Shown here piece after piece: positions 21,826 to 31,131 of a stretch of 64,000 bases of DNA (position 1 is the first letter of the stretch; the number at the start of each line of letters is the position of its first letter). The notes beneath the pieces are model-generated. The model did no database searches. It saw only the letters and a list, made by a program, of their open reading frames with translations, and was not told the origin of the DNA. A program made the position numbers and the translations under genes. The DNA is from an uncultured delta proteobacterium (GTDB lineage Bacteria; Myxococcota_A; Polyangia; Palsa-1104): contig CAWAWS010000007.1 in NCBI GenBank assembly GCA_963785725.1, positions 128,001 to 192,000 of the forward strand, given 5' to 3'.

Positions 21826-23529
21826 ATGTTGCGGGCGTTCGTCGCGATCGCGCTCCTCGCTGTCGCCGCGCCCGTCTTCGCCGACGCCGGCGACCAGCGA
21901 ACCGCGCCACTACCGAGCGAGCTGAGCGTGCCGAGCGCGCCGAATGCGAACGCAGCCAAGTCGCGCGCCGACGAAGAGGCGGCCAAAGAGCACTATCGCA
22001 AAGGCCAGAAGCTCTACGACGACGGCATTTATGAAGAGGCAATCGTCGAATTCGAGATGGCCTACCGCATCAAGCCGCATCCGAGCTCGCTCTACAACGT
22101 CGCGCTGGCCTACGGAGCGCTGCTCGATTATGCGCAGTCCGTCTTGTGGTTCGAGCGCTTTCTCGCGGAAGCGCCGTCGAACGATCCGCAGCGGCCGAGC
22201 GTCGAGATCACGCTGCGCAAGATGCGTGGCTACCCTTCGCGCCTGTCGGTGACGACGATTCCCGAGCACGTGCACGCCGTCGTCGTCGATGCCGACGGTA
22301 AGAAACGCGAAGCCGACACGCCAACGGTGTTCAAGCTGCCCGCCGGCGGTTATCAGCTGACGCTCGAGCAGCCCGGTTGGGAGACGGAAGAGCACGACGT
22401 CTACACCGAGATCGGGCAGCCCTATTTCTACCAATATCGGCTCAAGCGCTCGACGGCGCCGGTCACGATCTTCTCCAAGCCGCGCGACGCGCGCGTGTTC
22501 ATCGACAATCGGCTCGTCGGTGAGACGCCGTTCGCCGGCACGGTCGACGTCGGCAAGCACAAGCTCCTGCTCGAGCACAAAGATTTCCCGTGGCATAGCG
22601 AGGAGCTCGACGTGAAGTCGGACGATCCGATTCGTCGCGACGTCACGCTGACGCGGCCCATTCGCTCGGGTCGCACCGAGCTGGTCTTGGCGGCGATGGT
22701 CTTCGGCGGCGCCGCCGGCCCGGCCTTGTGCGCGTCGCTGCTCAAGGACAACCAATCGACGGCCAACCTCTCGATCTACGTCTTGTCGTCGCTCGCGGGC
22801 ATCGGCGCCGGCTTCGTGGGCGCGTTCTTGACGACGCGCGACGGCATCAAAGTCGGCACCAGCTCGCTCATGATCGGCGGCGCTGCCTGGGGCACGTCGG
22901 TCTTCGCCGGTCTCAGCCTCGGCTTGGGCGCGAAGACCAACGCGGTCTACGCGATCGCCATCGCCGGCAGCGCAGTCGGCATGGCCGGCGGCTACCTCAT
23001 CGCGCGCAAGCTCGACATCTCCGCCGGCGATTCCGCGCTCGTCAACTCGGGCGGCACCTGGGGAACGGCCGGCGGCGTGCTCTTGGCGCAGTCGATCTAC
23101 CGCAATCCGTCGAGCAAGGAGCTGGGCTGGTTCGCGCTCGGCGGCACCGCGATCGGCGTCGCCACCGGCGCGCTCTTGGCCTGGCGCGCCGAGGTCAGCC
23201 GCAGCCACGTCGCGCTCATCGACGTCGGCGGGCTGGCCGGCGCGGGGCTCGGCTTCGCGCTCGGCTACGTCATCGGCTTTCGCACGCCCGGCGCCGACAA
23301 CATCCAGACCGGCGCTCGCTACTCACTCGGCGGCCTGGGCGTCGGGCTCATCGCCGGCATCGTCCTGTCGCGCAAATACAAAGACGATGTGCCGCCCGTC
23401 GAAGCGCTGCTGACGCACGAGCGCGGCCGCTGGGCGATGGCGCTGCCGCGCTTGTCGGTCGACTACGCCGTCACGCCTGAAGGCTCGGCGCCGCGAGTCA
23501 ACGTCACGATCGCCAGCGGCCACTTTTAG
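21826..23529 (+). CDS. Secreted TPR + 2x PEGA protein with Gly-rich hydrophobic C-terminal region
   Basis: Signal peptide; AKEHYRKG...EFEMAY TPR; SKPRDARVFIDNRLVGETP PEGA; ends ...IASGHF. Confidence 0.85.
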   Translation: MLRAFVAIALLAVAAPVFADAGDQRTAPLPSELSVPSAPNANAAKSRADEEAAKEHYRKGQKLYDDGIYEEAIVEFEMAYRIKPHPSSLYNVALAYGALLDYAQSVLWFERFLAEAPSNDPQRPSVEITLRKMRGYPSRLSVTTIPEHVHAVVVDADGKKREADTPTVFKLPAGGYQLTLEQPGWETEEHDVYTEIGQPYFYQYRLKRSTAPVTIFSKPRDARVFIDNRLVGETPFAGTVDVGKHKLLLEHKDFPWHSEELDVKSDDPIRRDVTLTRPIRSGRTELVLAAMVFGGAAGPALCASLLKDNQSTANLSIYVLSSLAGIGAGFVGAFLTTRDGIKVGTSSLMIGGAAWGTSVFAGLSLGLGAKTNAVYAIAIAGSAVGMAGGYLIARKLDISAGDSALVNSGGTWGTAGGVLLAQSIYRNPSSKELGWFALGGTAIGVATGALLAWRAEVSRSHVALIDVGGLAGAGLGFALGYVIGFRTPGADNIQTGARYSLGGLGVGLIAGIVLSRKYKDDVPPVEALLTHERGRWAMALPRLSVDYAVTPEGSAPRVNVTIASGHF

Positions 23530-23672
23530 CGCCGATTCGCCGTACGATCGCTTGCAAAGTGGCCAGCGGAATAGCCGGCCAGCAACGCTTCCTACCATCC
23601 GTATAAATACGATGTAGCATAAAGGTTACAGCTAGTTGGCGCTGGTGTAGATCTCGCATGACGCGATGCGCT

Positions 23673-25373
23673 ATGAAGAGAACGGTACCTGCCTTGTTCG
23701 TCGTGTTCGGTGCGGCCTGCTCGTCATCCGCCACCATCGGCTCCGCGCAAGAAGCGCTCGAGCCGAGCCAGATTCCGGCGGGCATTTCGTCGTCGCTGTC
23801 GACCACGGTGCTGGCGGCGCTGCAGCTCGATGGGCCGACGAAGCGCGAGCAAACGTGGAACATCTCCAGCGACAACGCGCTCGACGACGGCTGGATCCTG
23901 CAGACGCCGCCCGCGCAATATTGGGGCGTCGACGGCGCCAACTTCCCCATCGCCGGCACGTGCACGAGCGGCGCGAACTGCGACGTCGACTTCGGCCTCT
24001 TCCGCTGCGCGACGCAAGCCGACTGCAGCGGCGGCGGCATTTGCACGACCGTCGCGGCGACGGTGCGCGCGCCCGGCGGCACGCCCGAGCAGCTGTGCGT
24101 CGGCCACTCCGACGTCATGTACGACAACTTCTACGGCGTCATCACGTCGGCGCAGCGCTTCGTCGACGTGACCAGCCTGTCGCCGCCCGACGGTCGCTTC
24201 CAGGCCGCCGTCCGCAACGCCATCAGCTATCTCGGCAACAGCGGCCGCGCCGTCACCGTGCGCTTGCTCTTCGGCGACTACCCGATTCAAGACGACGTCA
24301 ACTCGAAGACGGTGCTGCAGACGCTGACGCGCGATGTGCCGGCGACGTCGCCGCTCGACGTCTACGTCGGCAATTACCGCTCGAGCGACGTGCCGCCGTC
24401 GTGGAATCACTCGAAGATGGTGGGCGCGGACGAGAATCTGTCGATCGTCGGCGGCGAGAACATGTGGACGGCCGATTACCTCGGCATCGAGCCCGTGCAC
24501 GACATCTCGATGCGGCTGCGCGGCACGGCGACCGCCGACGTGCACCGCTTCGCCAACGAGCAGTGGCAATACACGTGCGCGAATCGGTCGCTGCTGACGT
24601 GGCTGACGTGGTCGGTGTGGTCGAACGGCTGGCGCGCCGGCCAAATCAGCAACGCGTGCGCGCCGCAATATTCCGAGCCGGCGAACGCGGTCGGCCCGGG
24701 CAACGCGACGGTCATTTCGATCGGTCGCCTCGCCGAGATCGATCCGAGCGGCCAGTCGAACCAGAGTGACGCGGCGATTCGCGCGCTCGTCGGCGCCGCG
24801 CAGTCGACGATTCGCATGTCGCTGCAGGATCTCGGGCCGCCCGAAGAGGCCGGCATCGCGCTCGGCAGCTGGCCCGATCCGCTGTTCGCGAAGCTGGGCG
24901 CGGCGCTCGTGCGCGGCGTCGATGTCTACATCGTCGTGTCGAATCCGACGTGCCGCGCGGGCGGGCTGTCGCCGCTGCAGGCGCAATACGCCAACGGCTG
25001 GACGGTCGCGCAAGTCGCGCAGAAGATTCGCGATTACATGATCGCGAATCCTGTCGCCAATCAGCCGGCGGGCGATGCGTTGCGCGCGCTCTTGTGTCAG
25101 AAGCTGCACGTGACGTCGATTCGCTTTTCGGCGAGCGGCACGTGGCCGGGCGGCGTCACGGCGGCCAACCACGCCAAGCTCGTCTTCGTCGACGATCAGG
25201 CGTTCTACATCGGTTCGCAGAACGAGTACGTCGCCGACCTGACCGAGCTCGGCTACCTCGTCGACGACAAGCGCGCCGCCGCGCAGCTCGCCGCCGACTA
25301 CTGGGCGCCGCTGTGGCAGTACTCGCAAGTCGACGCCGTCAGCGGCACCGAAGCCGCGCAGTGCGTCCTGTAG
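23673..25373 (+). CDS. Phospholipase D-family lipoprotein
   Basis: FGAA-C lipobox; two HKD motifs, NHSKMVGAD...GGEN and NHAKLVFVD...GSQN. Alternative ATG at 23658. Confidence 0.9.
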   Translation: MKRTVPALFVVFGAACSSSATIGSAQEALEPSQIPAGISSSLSTTVLAALQLDGPTKREQTWNISSDNALDDGWILQTPPAQYWGVDGANFPIAGTCTSGANCDVDFGLFRCATQADCSGGGICTTVAATVRAPGGTPEQLCVGHSDVMYDNFYGVITSAQRFVDVTSLSPPDGRFQAAVRNAISYLGNSGRAVTVRLLFGDYPIQDDVNSKTVLQTLTRDVPATSPLDVYVGNYRSSDVPPSWNHSKMVGADENLSIVGGENMWTADYLGIEPVHDISMRLRGTATADVHRFANEQWQYTCANRSLLTWLTWSVWSNGWRAGQISNACAPQYSEPANAVGPGNATVISIGRLAEIDPSGQSNQSDAAIRALVGAAQSTIRMSLQDLGPPEEAGIALGSWPDPLFAKLGAALVRGVDVYIVVSNPTCRAGGLSPLQAQYANGWTVAQVAQKIRDYMIANPVANQPAGDALRALLCQKLHVTSIRFSASGTWPGGVTAANHAKLVFVDDQAFYIGSQNEYVADLTELGYLVDDKRAAAQLAADYWAPLWQYSQVDAVSGTEAAQCVL

Positions 25374-25441
25374 CTCCGCGCGACCTGTAAGAATTCGACT
25401 CGGCGCTGCAGCGGCAAATCTCGTCGCTGCAGCCGCTCCGC

Positions 25442-25870
25442 TTACGCCAGCAGCCGCGCCATGCGATCGAGCTCTTCGCGCGGCGGGGTCGGCAGCCGCT
25501 CGTGATCGAAGCGAATCTTCCCGTCCTCGATGACTGCGTGGCGCCCGGACACGATGTCCGTCGGATCATGTTGCGGCACGACGATCAGATGCGCGTGCGC
25601 CACGCCGAAGCCGTGCACGATCCAACCGACGCGCAGCGGCTTCAGCCGCTCGCGGACGTTGCGCGACAGTCGCTGCGCGTGCGTCGTCAAATGCACGCTC
25701 AGCGGATCGGGCAAGTCGCAAAAGTGATCGATGTGCTGCTTGGGAATGACCACGAATTCGCCTTCGCGCGTCGGGTTCAGTGTCATGAAGGCGCTGATCA
25801 GCTCGTCTTCGTAGACGACGCTGGCGGTGGCGCGCTTGGCGACGATCGCGCAGAAGATGCAGTCGCTCAC
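25442..25870 (-). CDS. HIT family protein
   Basis: DCIFCAI, VIPKQH, variant triad HAHLI. Confidence 0.85.
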   Translation of the reverse strand: MSDCIFCAIVAKRATASVVYEDELISAFMTLNPTREGEFVVIPKQHIDHFCDLPDPLSVHLTTHAQRLSRNVRERLKPLRVGWIVHGFGVAHAHLIVVPQHDPTDIVSGRHAVIEDGKIRFDHERLPTPPREELDRMARLLA

Positions 25871-25871
25871 G

Positions 25872-27140
25872 TCAGCCGACGAACGACGGTATCTCTTCGC
25901 CGCGCACGAGATCCTCGAGCTCCTCGCGCTTGCGCACGACCGCGTACTGCCCGCCTTTGACCATCACTTCGGCGACGCGCGGCCGCGTGTTGTAGTTCGA
26001 CGACATCGTAAAGCCGTACGCGCCCGCGGACATCAGCGCCAGCAGATCGCCTTCGGCCGGCCGTTGCGCCAGCGAGCGATCGCGCGCCAAGAAGTCGCCG
26101 GTCTCGCAAATCGGCCCGACGACATCGGCGACATAAGCCTCGCCCGCGCGCTTCTGCACCGGCCAAATCGCGTGATAGGAGTCGTAAAACGCCGGCCGAA
26201 TCAGATCGTTCATGGCCGCGTCGACGATCACGAAGTTCTTGATCTCGCCCTGCTTCAAATAGAGCGTCTTGGTCACGAGCACGCCCGCGTTGCCGACGAT
26301 GACGCGGCCGGGCTCGCAGATCAACGTCACGTCGAGCCCGGCGAACGCCTGCATCGACTCCTCGATCGCGCGGCCGTAATCGTCGGGCGACGGCGGATCT
26401 TCCTGATCGTACGGAATGCCCAGTCCGCCGCCGATGTCGACGTAGCGAATGTTGATGCCGTCGAGCACGAGCGAGCGCGTCAGCTCGCCGAGACGCGCGA
26501 TCGCGTCCTTGAACGGCGACGTCTTCGTCAGCTGCGAGCCGATGTGACAATCGAGCCCGACGATCTCGAGGTGCGGCAAGCCGCGCGCTTCCGCATAGGC
26601 CGCGCGCGCTTGCGTCACCGCGATGCCGAACTTGTTCTTCTTCAGGCCCGTCGAAATGTAAGGATGCGTCTGCGCGTCGACGTCGGGGTTCACGCGCAGC
26701 GAAATCGGCGCCTTCTTCCCGACCTTCGCCGCGACGCGCTCGATGGCGTGCAGCTCGCTGATGCTCTCGACGTTGAACGCGAGGATGCCGACGTCGAGCG
26801 CGTAGGCGATCTCGTCCTCGCGCTTGCCGACGCCCGAGAAGACGATCTTCTTCGGATCGGCGCCGACCTTGAGCGCGCGGAAGATCTCGCCGCGCGACAC
26901 GGTGTCGACGCCGGCGCCGAGCCCGACCAGCGTGCGCAGCACCGCCAAGTTCGAGTTCGCCTTCACCGAGTAGCAGATGATGTGGCGATGCTTGGCGAGC
27001 GCGCCGTCGAACACGCGATAGTGCCGCTCCAACGTCGCGTGGCTGTAGACGTACACCGGCGAGCCGACCTCGGCCGCGATCTTGGCCAGCGGCACGTCTT
27101 CGCAATACAGCTCGTCGCCTCGATACTCAAAGTGGTGCAT
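25872..27140 (-). CDS. lysA: Diaminopimelate decarboxylase
   Basis: YSVKAN, HIGSQ, DIGGG, EPGR, GPICETGD, SSNYN. Confidence 0.95.
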   Translation of the reverse strand: MHHFEYRGDELYCEDVPLAKIAAEVGSPVYVYSHATLERHYRVFDGALAKHRHIICYSVKANSNLAVLRTLVGLGAGVDTVSRGEIFRALKVGADPKKIVFSGVGKREDEIAYALDVGILAFNVESISELHAIERVAAKVGKKAPISLRVNPDVDAQTHPYISTGLKKNKFGIAVTQARAAYAEARGLPHLEIVGLDCHIGSQLTKTSPFKDAIARLGELTRSLVLDGINIRYVDIGGGLGIPYDQEDPPSPDDYGRAIEESMQAFAGLDVTLICEPGRVIVGNAGVLVTKTLYLKQGEIKNFVIVDAAMNDLIRPAFYDSYHAIWPVQKRAGEAYVADVVGPICETGDFLARDRSLAQRPAEGDLLALMSAGAYGFTMSSNYNTRPRVAEVMVKGGQYAVVRKREELEDLVRGEEIPSFVG

Positions 27141-28519
27141 CAGCGCTCCTCTGCCAGCTGGCGTTCTGCTTCTACGATGGCGGCCAACACGCGATTGCGC
27201 GCCGGACCGCCGATGATGTCGCGTCGATCGATCGCTCGGTTCGCGTCGAGCACGGCGAAGACGCCTTCGTCGAACGCGACCTCCGGCGCAGTCGCGCGCA
27301 TGTCGGCCAGCGTCAGCTCGGGCAGCTCGACGCCGCGTGCGCTCGCCGCGCGCACGAGCGCGCCCGCGGCCGCGTGCGCCTGACGAAACGGCGTGCCTTT
27401 CGCCGCCAGCCAATCGGCCACTTCCGTCGCCAGCAAGTGCCCTTGTCCGACGGCTTTGGCGAGCTTGGGCACATCGAACGTCGCGCCCGCCATCAAGCCC
27501 GTCATCGTGCGCACACAGAGCTGCGCCGTCTCGACCGCGTCGTAGAGCGGCTCCTGCGTCTCTTGCAGATCTTTATTGTACGCCAGCGGCAAGCCCTTGA
27601 TGACCACGAGCAGCGTCGTCAAATCGCCGATGACGCGACCGACTTTGGCGCGCACCAGCTCCGGCACGTCCGGGTTCACCTTCTGCGGCATGATCGAGCT
27701 GCCGGAGCAGTAGGCCTCCGGCAGTCGCACGAAGCCGAACTCTTGCGACGCCCACAGCACCAGCTCTTCGCCGAGCCGCGACAGATGCGCCAACAAGAGC
27801 GCGCACGCCGCCACCAGCTCGACGGCAAAGTCGCGATCGCCGACGGCATCCAAGCTGTTGGCGGTGACGCCGTCGAAGCCGAGCCCGTGCGCTGCCGCCG
27901 CGCGATCGATGGGAAACGTCGTCGTCGCCAGCGCGCCCGAGCCGAGCGGCGACTGATTCATGCGCCGCACCGCGTCGGCGATCCGCCCGCGGTCGCGCGC
28001 CAACATCTCGTAGTAGGCGAGCATGTGATGGCTCAACCGCACCGGCTGCGCGCGCTGCAGATGCGTGTAACCCGGCATCAACGTGTCGACATGCGCGCGC
28101 GCTTGGCTCACGAACGCGGCCTGCAGCCCGACGATCAGCTTGCCGAGCTGCCGGCCCTGATCGCGCGCGTACAGGCGTAAATCCGTCGCCACCTGATCAT
28201 TTCGGCTGCGCGCCGTGTGCAGTCGCGCGCCCGCTTCGCCGACGATCTCGGTCAGCCGCTTCTCGACGTTCATGTGCACGTCTTCGAGCTGCGCCTCCAG
28301 CTTGAGCTCACCGCGCTGCCACTCGGCGACGACTTGGTCGAGCCCGCGCACGATCGCTTCCGCGTCCGCCGGCTGCAAGATGCCCTGTTGCGCCAACATG
28401 CGCGCGTGCGCCTTCGAGCCCTCGACGTCATAGGGCAAGAGGCGATAGTCGAAGTCGATCGACGCATTGAGCTGCGCTGCGTCGTCGGACAGCTTGGAAT
28501 CGAAACGGGGCCCGCGCAT
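27140..28519 (-). CDS. argH: Argininosuccinate lyase
   Basis: [30 protein letters not shown]. Confidence 0.95.
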   Translation of the reverse strand: MRGPRFDSKLSDDAAQLNASIDFDYRLLPYDVEGSKAHARMLAQQGILQPADAEAIVRGLDQVVAEWQRGELKLEAQLEDVHMNVEKRLTEIVGEAGARLHTARSRNDQVATDLRLYARDQGRQLGKLIVGLQAAFVSQARAHVDTLMPGYTHLQRAQPVRLSHHMLAYYEMLARDRGRIADAVRRMNQSPLGSGALATTTFPIDRAAAAHGLGFDGVTANSLDAVGDRDFAVELVAACALLLAHLSRLGEELVLWASQEFGFVRLPEAYCSGSSIMPQKVNPDVPELVRAKVGRVIGDLTTLLVVIKGLPLAYNKDLQETQEPLYDAVETAQLCVRTMTGLMAGATFDVPKLAKAVGQGHLLATEVADWLAAKGTPFRQAHAAAGALVRAASARGVELPELTLADMRATAPEVAFDEGVFAVLDANRAIDRRDIIGGPARNRVLAAIVEAERQLAEER

Positions 28520-28575
28520 GACGGGGAGATTATCGCGAGGCGCGGAAAAAAGTTGCGGGAGATTGCGTCAGAAAA

Positions 28576-29397
28576 TTACGAAGCGCGCTTCTGCTTCTTG
28601 GCCTCTTCGAGCTCGGCGAAGAAGCGAATCGCCGTCTCGACGCCGTTCTCGAGCGACTCGAACACGAGCGGCACGAGGCCCGCGGCTTCCGAGCGCAAGA
28701 CGTCGTAATAGCGTTGACGCTCGATGGAGTGGATGACGACCGGCGGATGACCATCACGCAACAGCATGAGGTTCATCAAGAGGCGCGCCACCTTGCCCGA
28801 GTTCTTCGGCCACGGATAGATCGACATGAAGCGGAAGTGCGCCCGCGCCGCGCGCTCGACCGGATGCAGATGCTGCGTCTCTTCCTCGTCGAGCCACTCG
28901 ACGAGCTTCTTCATCCGCGCCACGATCTTGTCCGGCTGGGCGATCTCGTGGAAGTACAACCGATGCAACGGGTTGTCCTTGCGGAACGGGTTGCCCTTGG
29001 CCTTTTCTTCCGGCGTGAGCAACGAATGGAGAAGCTTGAGCGTCTCCAGCGTGATCTGGTTCTTCTTGGCTTTGCCGCTCTTCTTGGCCGCGTGCGCCTC
29101 GACCGCCCACTGCCGCGCCAGCAGGCGAACCTGCTCGATCGCGAACTTGTGGTTCTTGATCTCCTCGTACATCGGGATCAAGGACACGTCGGAAATGATC
29201 TTCTTGTCGATGGCCGCCTTGAGCTCGTGGTACGAGAGCACGACGCCCTCGAGCGCGTTGTCGTGATAAATCCACGACACATCGAGCTTCTCGTCGAAGT
29301 CGGCGACGATCGACGAGTTCGCGCGCACGCGCATGTCGCGCAGCTGCTCGATCTTGTTGTCGATAGTCAGAAACTTCTTATCCACCGTCATGGTCAC
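28576..29397 (-). CDS. Fic-domain protein with degenerate active-site motif
   Basis: YHDNALEG helix; IYPWPKNSGKVARLL in place of HPFxDGNGRxxR. Confidence 0.82.
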   Translation of the reverse strand: MTMTVDKKFLTIDNKIEQLRDMRVRANSSIVADFDEKLDVSWIYHDNALEGVVLSYHELKAAIDKKIISDVSLIPMYEEIKNHKFAIEQVRLLARQWAVEAHAAKKSGKAKKNQITLETLKLLHSLLTPEEKAKGNPFRKDNPLHRLYFHEIAQPDKIVARMKKLVEWLDEEETQHLHPVERAARAHFRFMSIYPWPKNSGKVARLLMNLMLLRDGHPPVVIHSIERQRYYDVLRSEAAGLVPLVFESLENGVETAIRFFAELEEAKKQKRAS

Positions 29398-29911
29398 CCG
29401 CTCCGCGCTAATTTTGGCTAATGCGAAAACCTTCGAAAATTGTGAGCTGGGGAGGGAGACCCCTCAGCTTGCGAGGCATAATGCTAACTTAAGTGGTCAC
29501 CCCGAGTCAAGATCGAGAGGGGTGACAAGTGTGCAAACGTAAGACCGCATAAGTTTGCCAGATCTATCACTAAAGTCAATATCTTGAGTCGTGTCACACA
29601 CTTTTCGGCCCGCTCCCAGGTTACGAAATAGTGACCCAAATCGTCGTCGTTGCAGAACTTTTGCGCGGACGAGCGGTTGTCCATCGGACGGCGGCTGAGA
29701 GGGAACAGTTCCCACCCGCGGCTTATTGCACGCTCACGCGATTTCGACGATCGGGTAGTCGACGTATTCGACGCTCATTAATGATGCGCGGGTTGCCGGC
29801 GATGTGACGGCCAAAGCGCGCGCTGGCGGTTCCTCGCTGGAGCGGGCCATCGACGCCCCGTCGATGCAGCAAAAATTTGCGCTGGGTGACGCTCGGTGGC
29901 TCAACTGGGGC

Positions 29912-30850
29912 GTGAGCGCGTTCTCGCACGCCACTGTCATGCCCGAGGAGACCCTGGCGCTGATCGCGCCGCGATCGGGCGGCGTCTATTGTGACGCGAC
30001 GTTGGGTGGCGGTGGTCACGCCGAGCGGATCCTGCGTCAGAGCGCGCCCGACGGTCGGCTCATCGGCGTCGATCGCGATCCGGTGGCGCTGGCGGCGGCG
30101 GGCGAGCGCTTGGCGCCGTTCGGCGATCGCGTCACGCTCGTGCACGGCGCGTTCGGCGACATTCGCGTGCACTTGCAGGCGCTCGGGATCGCGCAGATCG
30201 ACGGCTTCGTGCTCGACTTGGGCGTGTCGTCGCCGCAGCTCGACGTCGGCGCGCGCGGCTTTTCCTTCCGCAACGAAGGGCCGCTCGACATGCGCATGGA
30301 CGGCAGCGCGGGCGAGACGGCGGAGGCGCTGATTCGCCGCGTCGGCATCGACGAGCTGGCCGACATGCTGCGGCACTACGGCGAAGAGCGTTATGCGGGA
30401 CGAATCGCGCGCGCGATCAAGGAAGCGGTGATGGCGGGCGCGATCACGACGACGACGGAGCTGGCGGCGCTGATCGCCGATACGGTGCCGAGCCGCGAGC
30501 GGCACAAAGATCCGGCGACGCGCACGTTTCAGGCGCTGCGCATCGCGGTCAACGACGAGCTCGGTCAGCTGGAGCGGTTCCTCGCGGATTTTCTCGATCT
30601 CTTGAAGCCGGGAGGGCGCGTGGCGGTGATCGCGTTTCACTCGCTCGAGGATGTGCAGGTGAAGAATCGGTTTCGCGACTTGGCCAAGGATTCCGGCTAT
30701 CCGCCCGATGTCGCCGTCAACTTGGGGCTGCCGGCGCACGCGGAGATGAAGCTGCTGACGCGTAAGCCGCTGGTGCCGAGCGACGCCGAAGTGGCCGCCA
30801 ATCCGCGGTCGCGCTCGGCCAAGCTGCGCGGCGCGGAGAAGTGGTCGTGA
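29912..30850 (+). CDS. rsmH: 16S rRNA m4C1402 methyltransferase
   Basis: DATLGGGGH, DLGVSSPQLD, PLDMRM, FQALRIAVN, NPRSRSAKLR. Start inferred at GTG 29912. Confidence 0.95.
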   Translation: MSAFSHATVMPEETLALIAPRSGGVYCDATLGGGGHAERILRQSAPDGRLIGVDRDPVALAAAGERLAPFGDRVTLVHGAFGDIRVHLQALGIAQIDGFVLDLGVSSPQLDVGARGFSFRNEGPLDMRMDGSAGETAEALIRRVGIDELADMLRHYGEERYAGRIARAIKEAVMAGAITTTTELAALIADTVPSRERHKDPATRTFQALRIAVNDELGQLERFLADFLDLLKPGGRVAVIAFHSLEDVQVKNRFRDLAKDSGYPPDVAVNLGLPAHAEMKLLTRKPLVPSDAEVAANPRSRSAKLRGAEKWS

Positions 30851-31131
30851 GGACGAAGCCGCGTTCGCCGACGTGGCTCTTGGTGATGGCGACGGCGCTG
30901 GTGACGTTCGCGGCGCTGGCGCACGTGTGGGTGCGGCTGCAGATGCTGTCGATCGGCTACGACATCTCGCGTGAGACGAAGTGGCGCCACGATCTCGGTG
31001 AGCAGAACCAGAAGCTGACGCTGGAGCTACGCACGCGCATGGACTTGGCGGTCGTCGAGAAGATCGCGCGCGAGCAGCTGAAGATGGTGCCGCCCGATCC
31101 GCGGCTCATTCGCGTGGTGGAGCTGCCATGA
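30847..31131 (+). CDS. ftsL: Cell division protein FtsL
   Basis: TM plus coiled coil, VEKIAREQLKM; lies between rsmH and ftsI. Confidence 0.85.
   Translation: MRTKPRSPTWLLVMATALVTFAALAHVWVRLQMLSIGYDISRETKWRHDLGEQNQKLTLELRTRMDLAVVEKIAREQLKMVPPDPRLIRVVELP

Noticed and set aside
29531..29560. c-di-GMP-I riboswitch suggested by GGCAAAC
   Set aside because: The GNRA-loop stem and second stem are absent; it is a simple inverted repeat.
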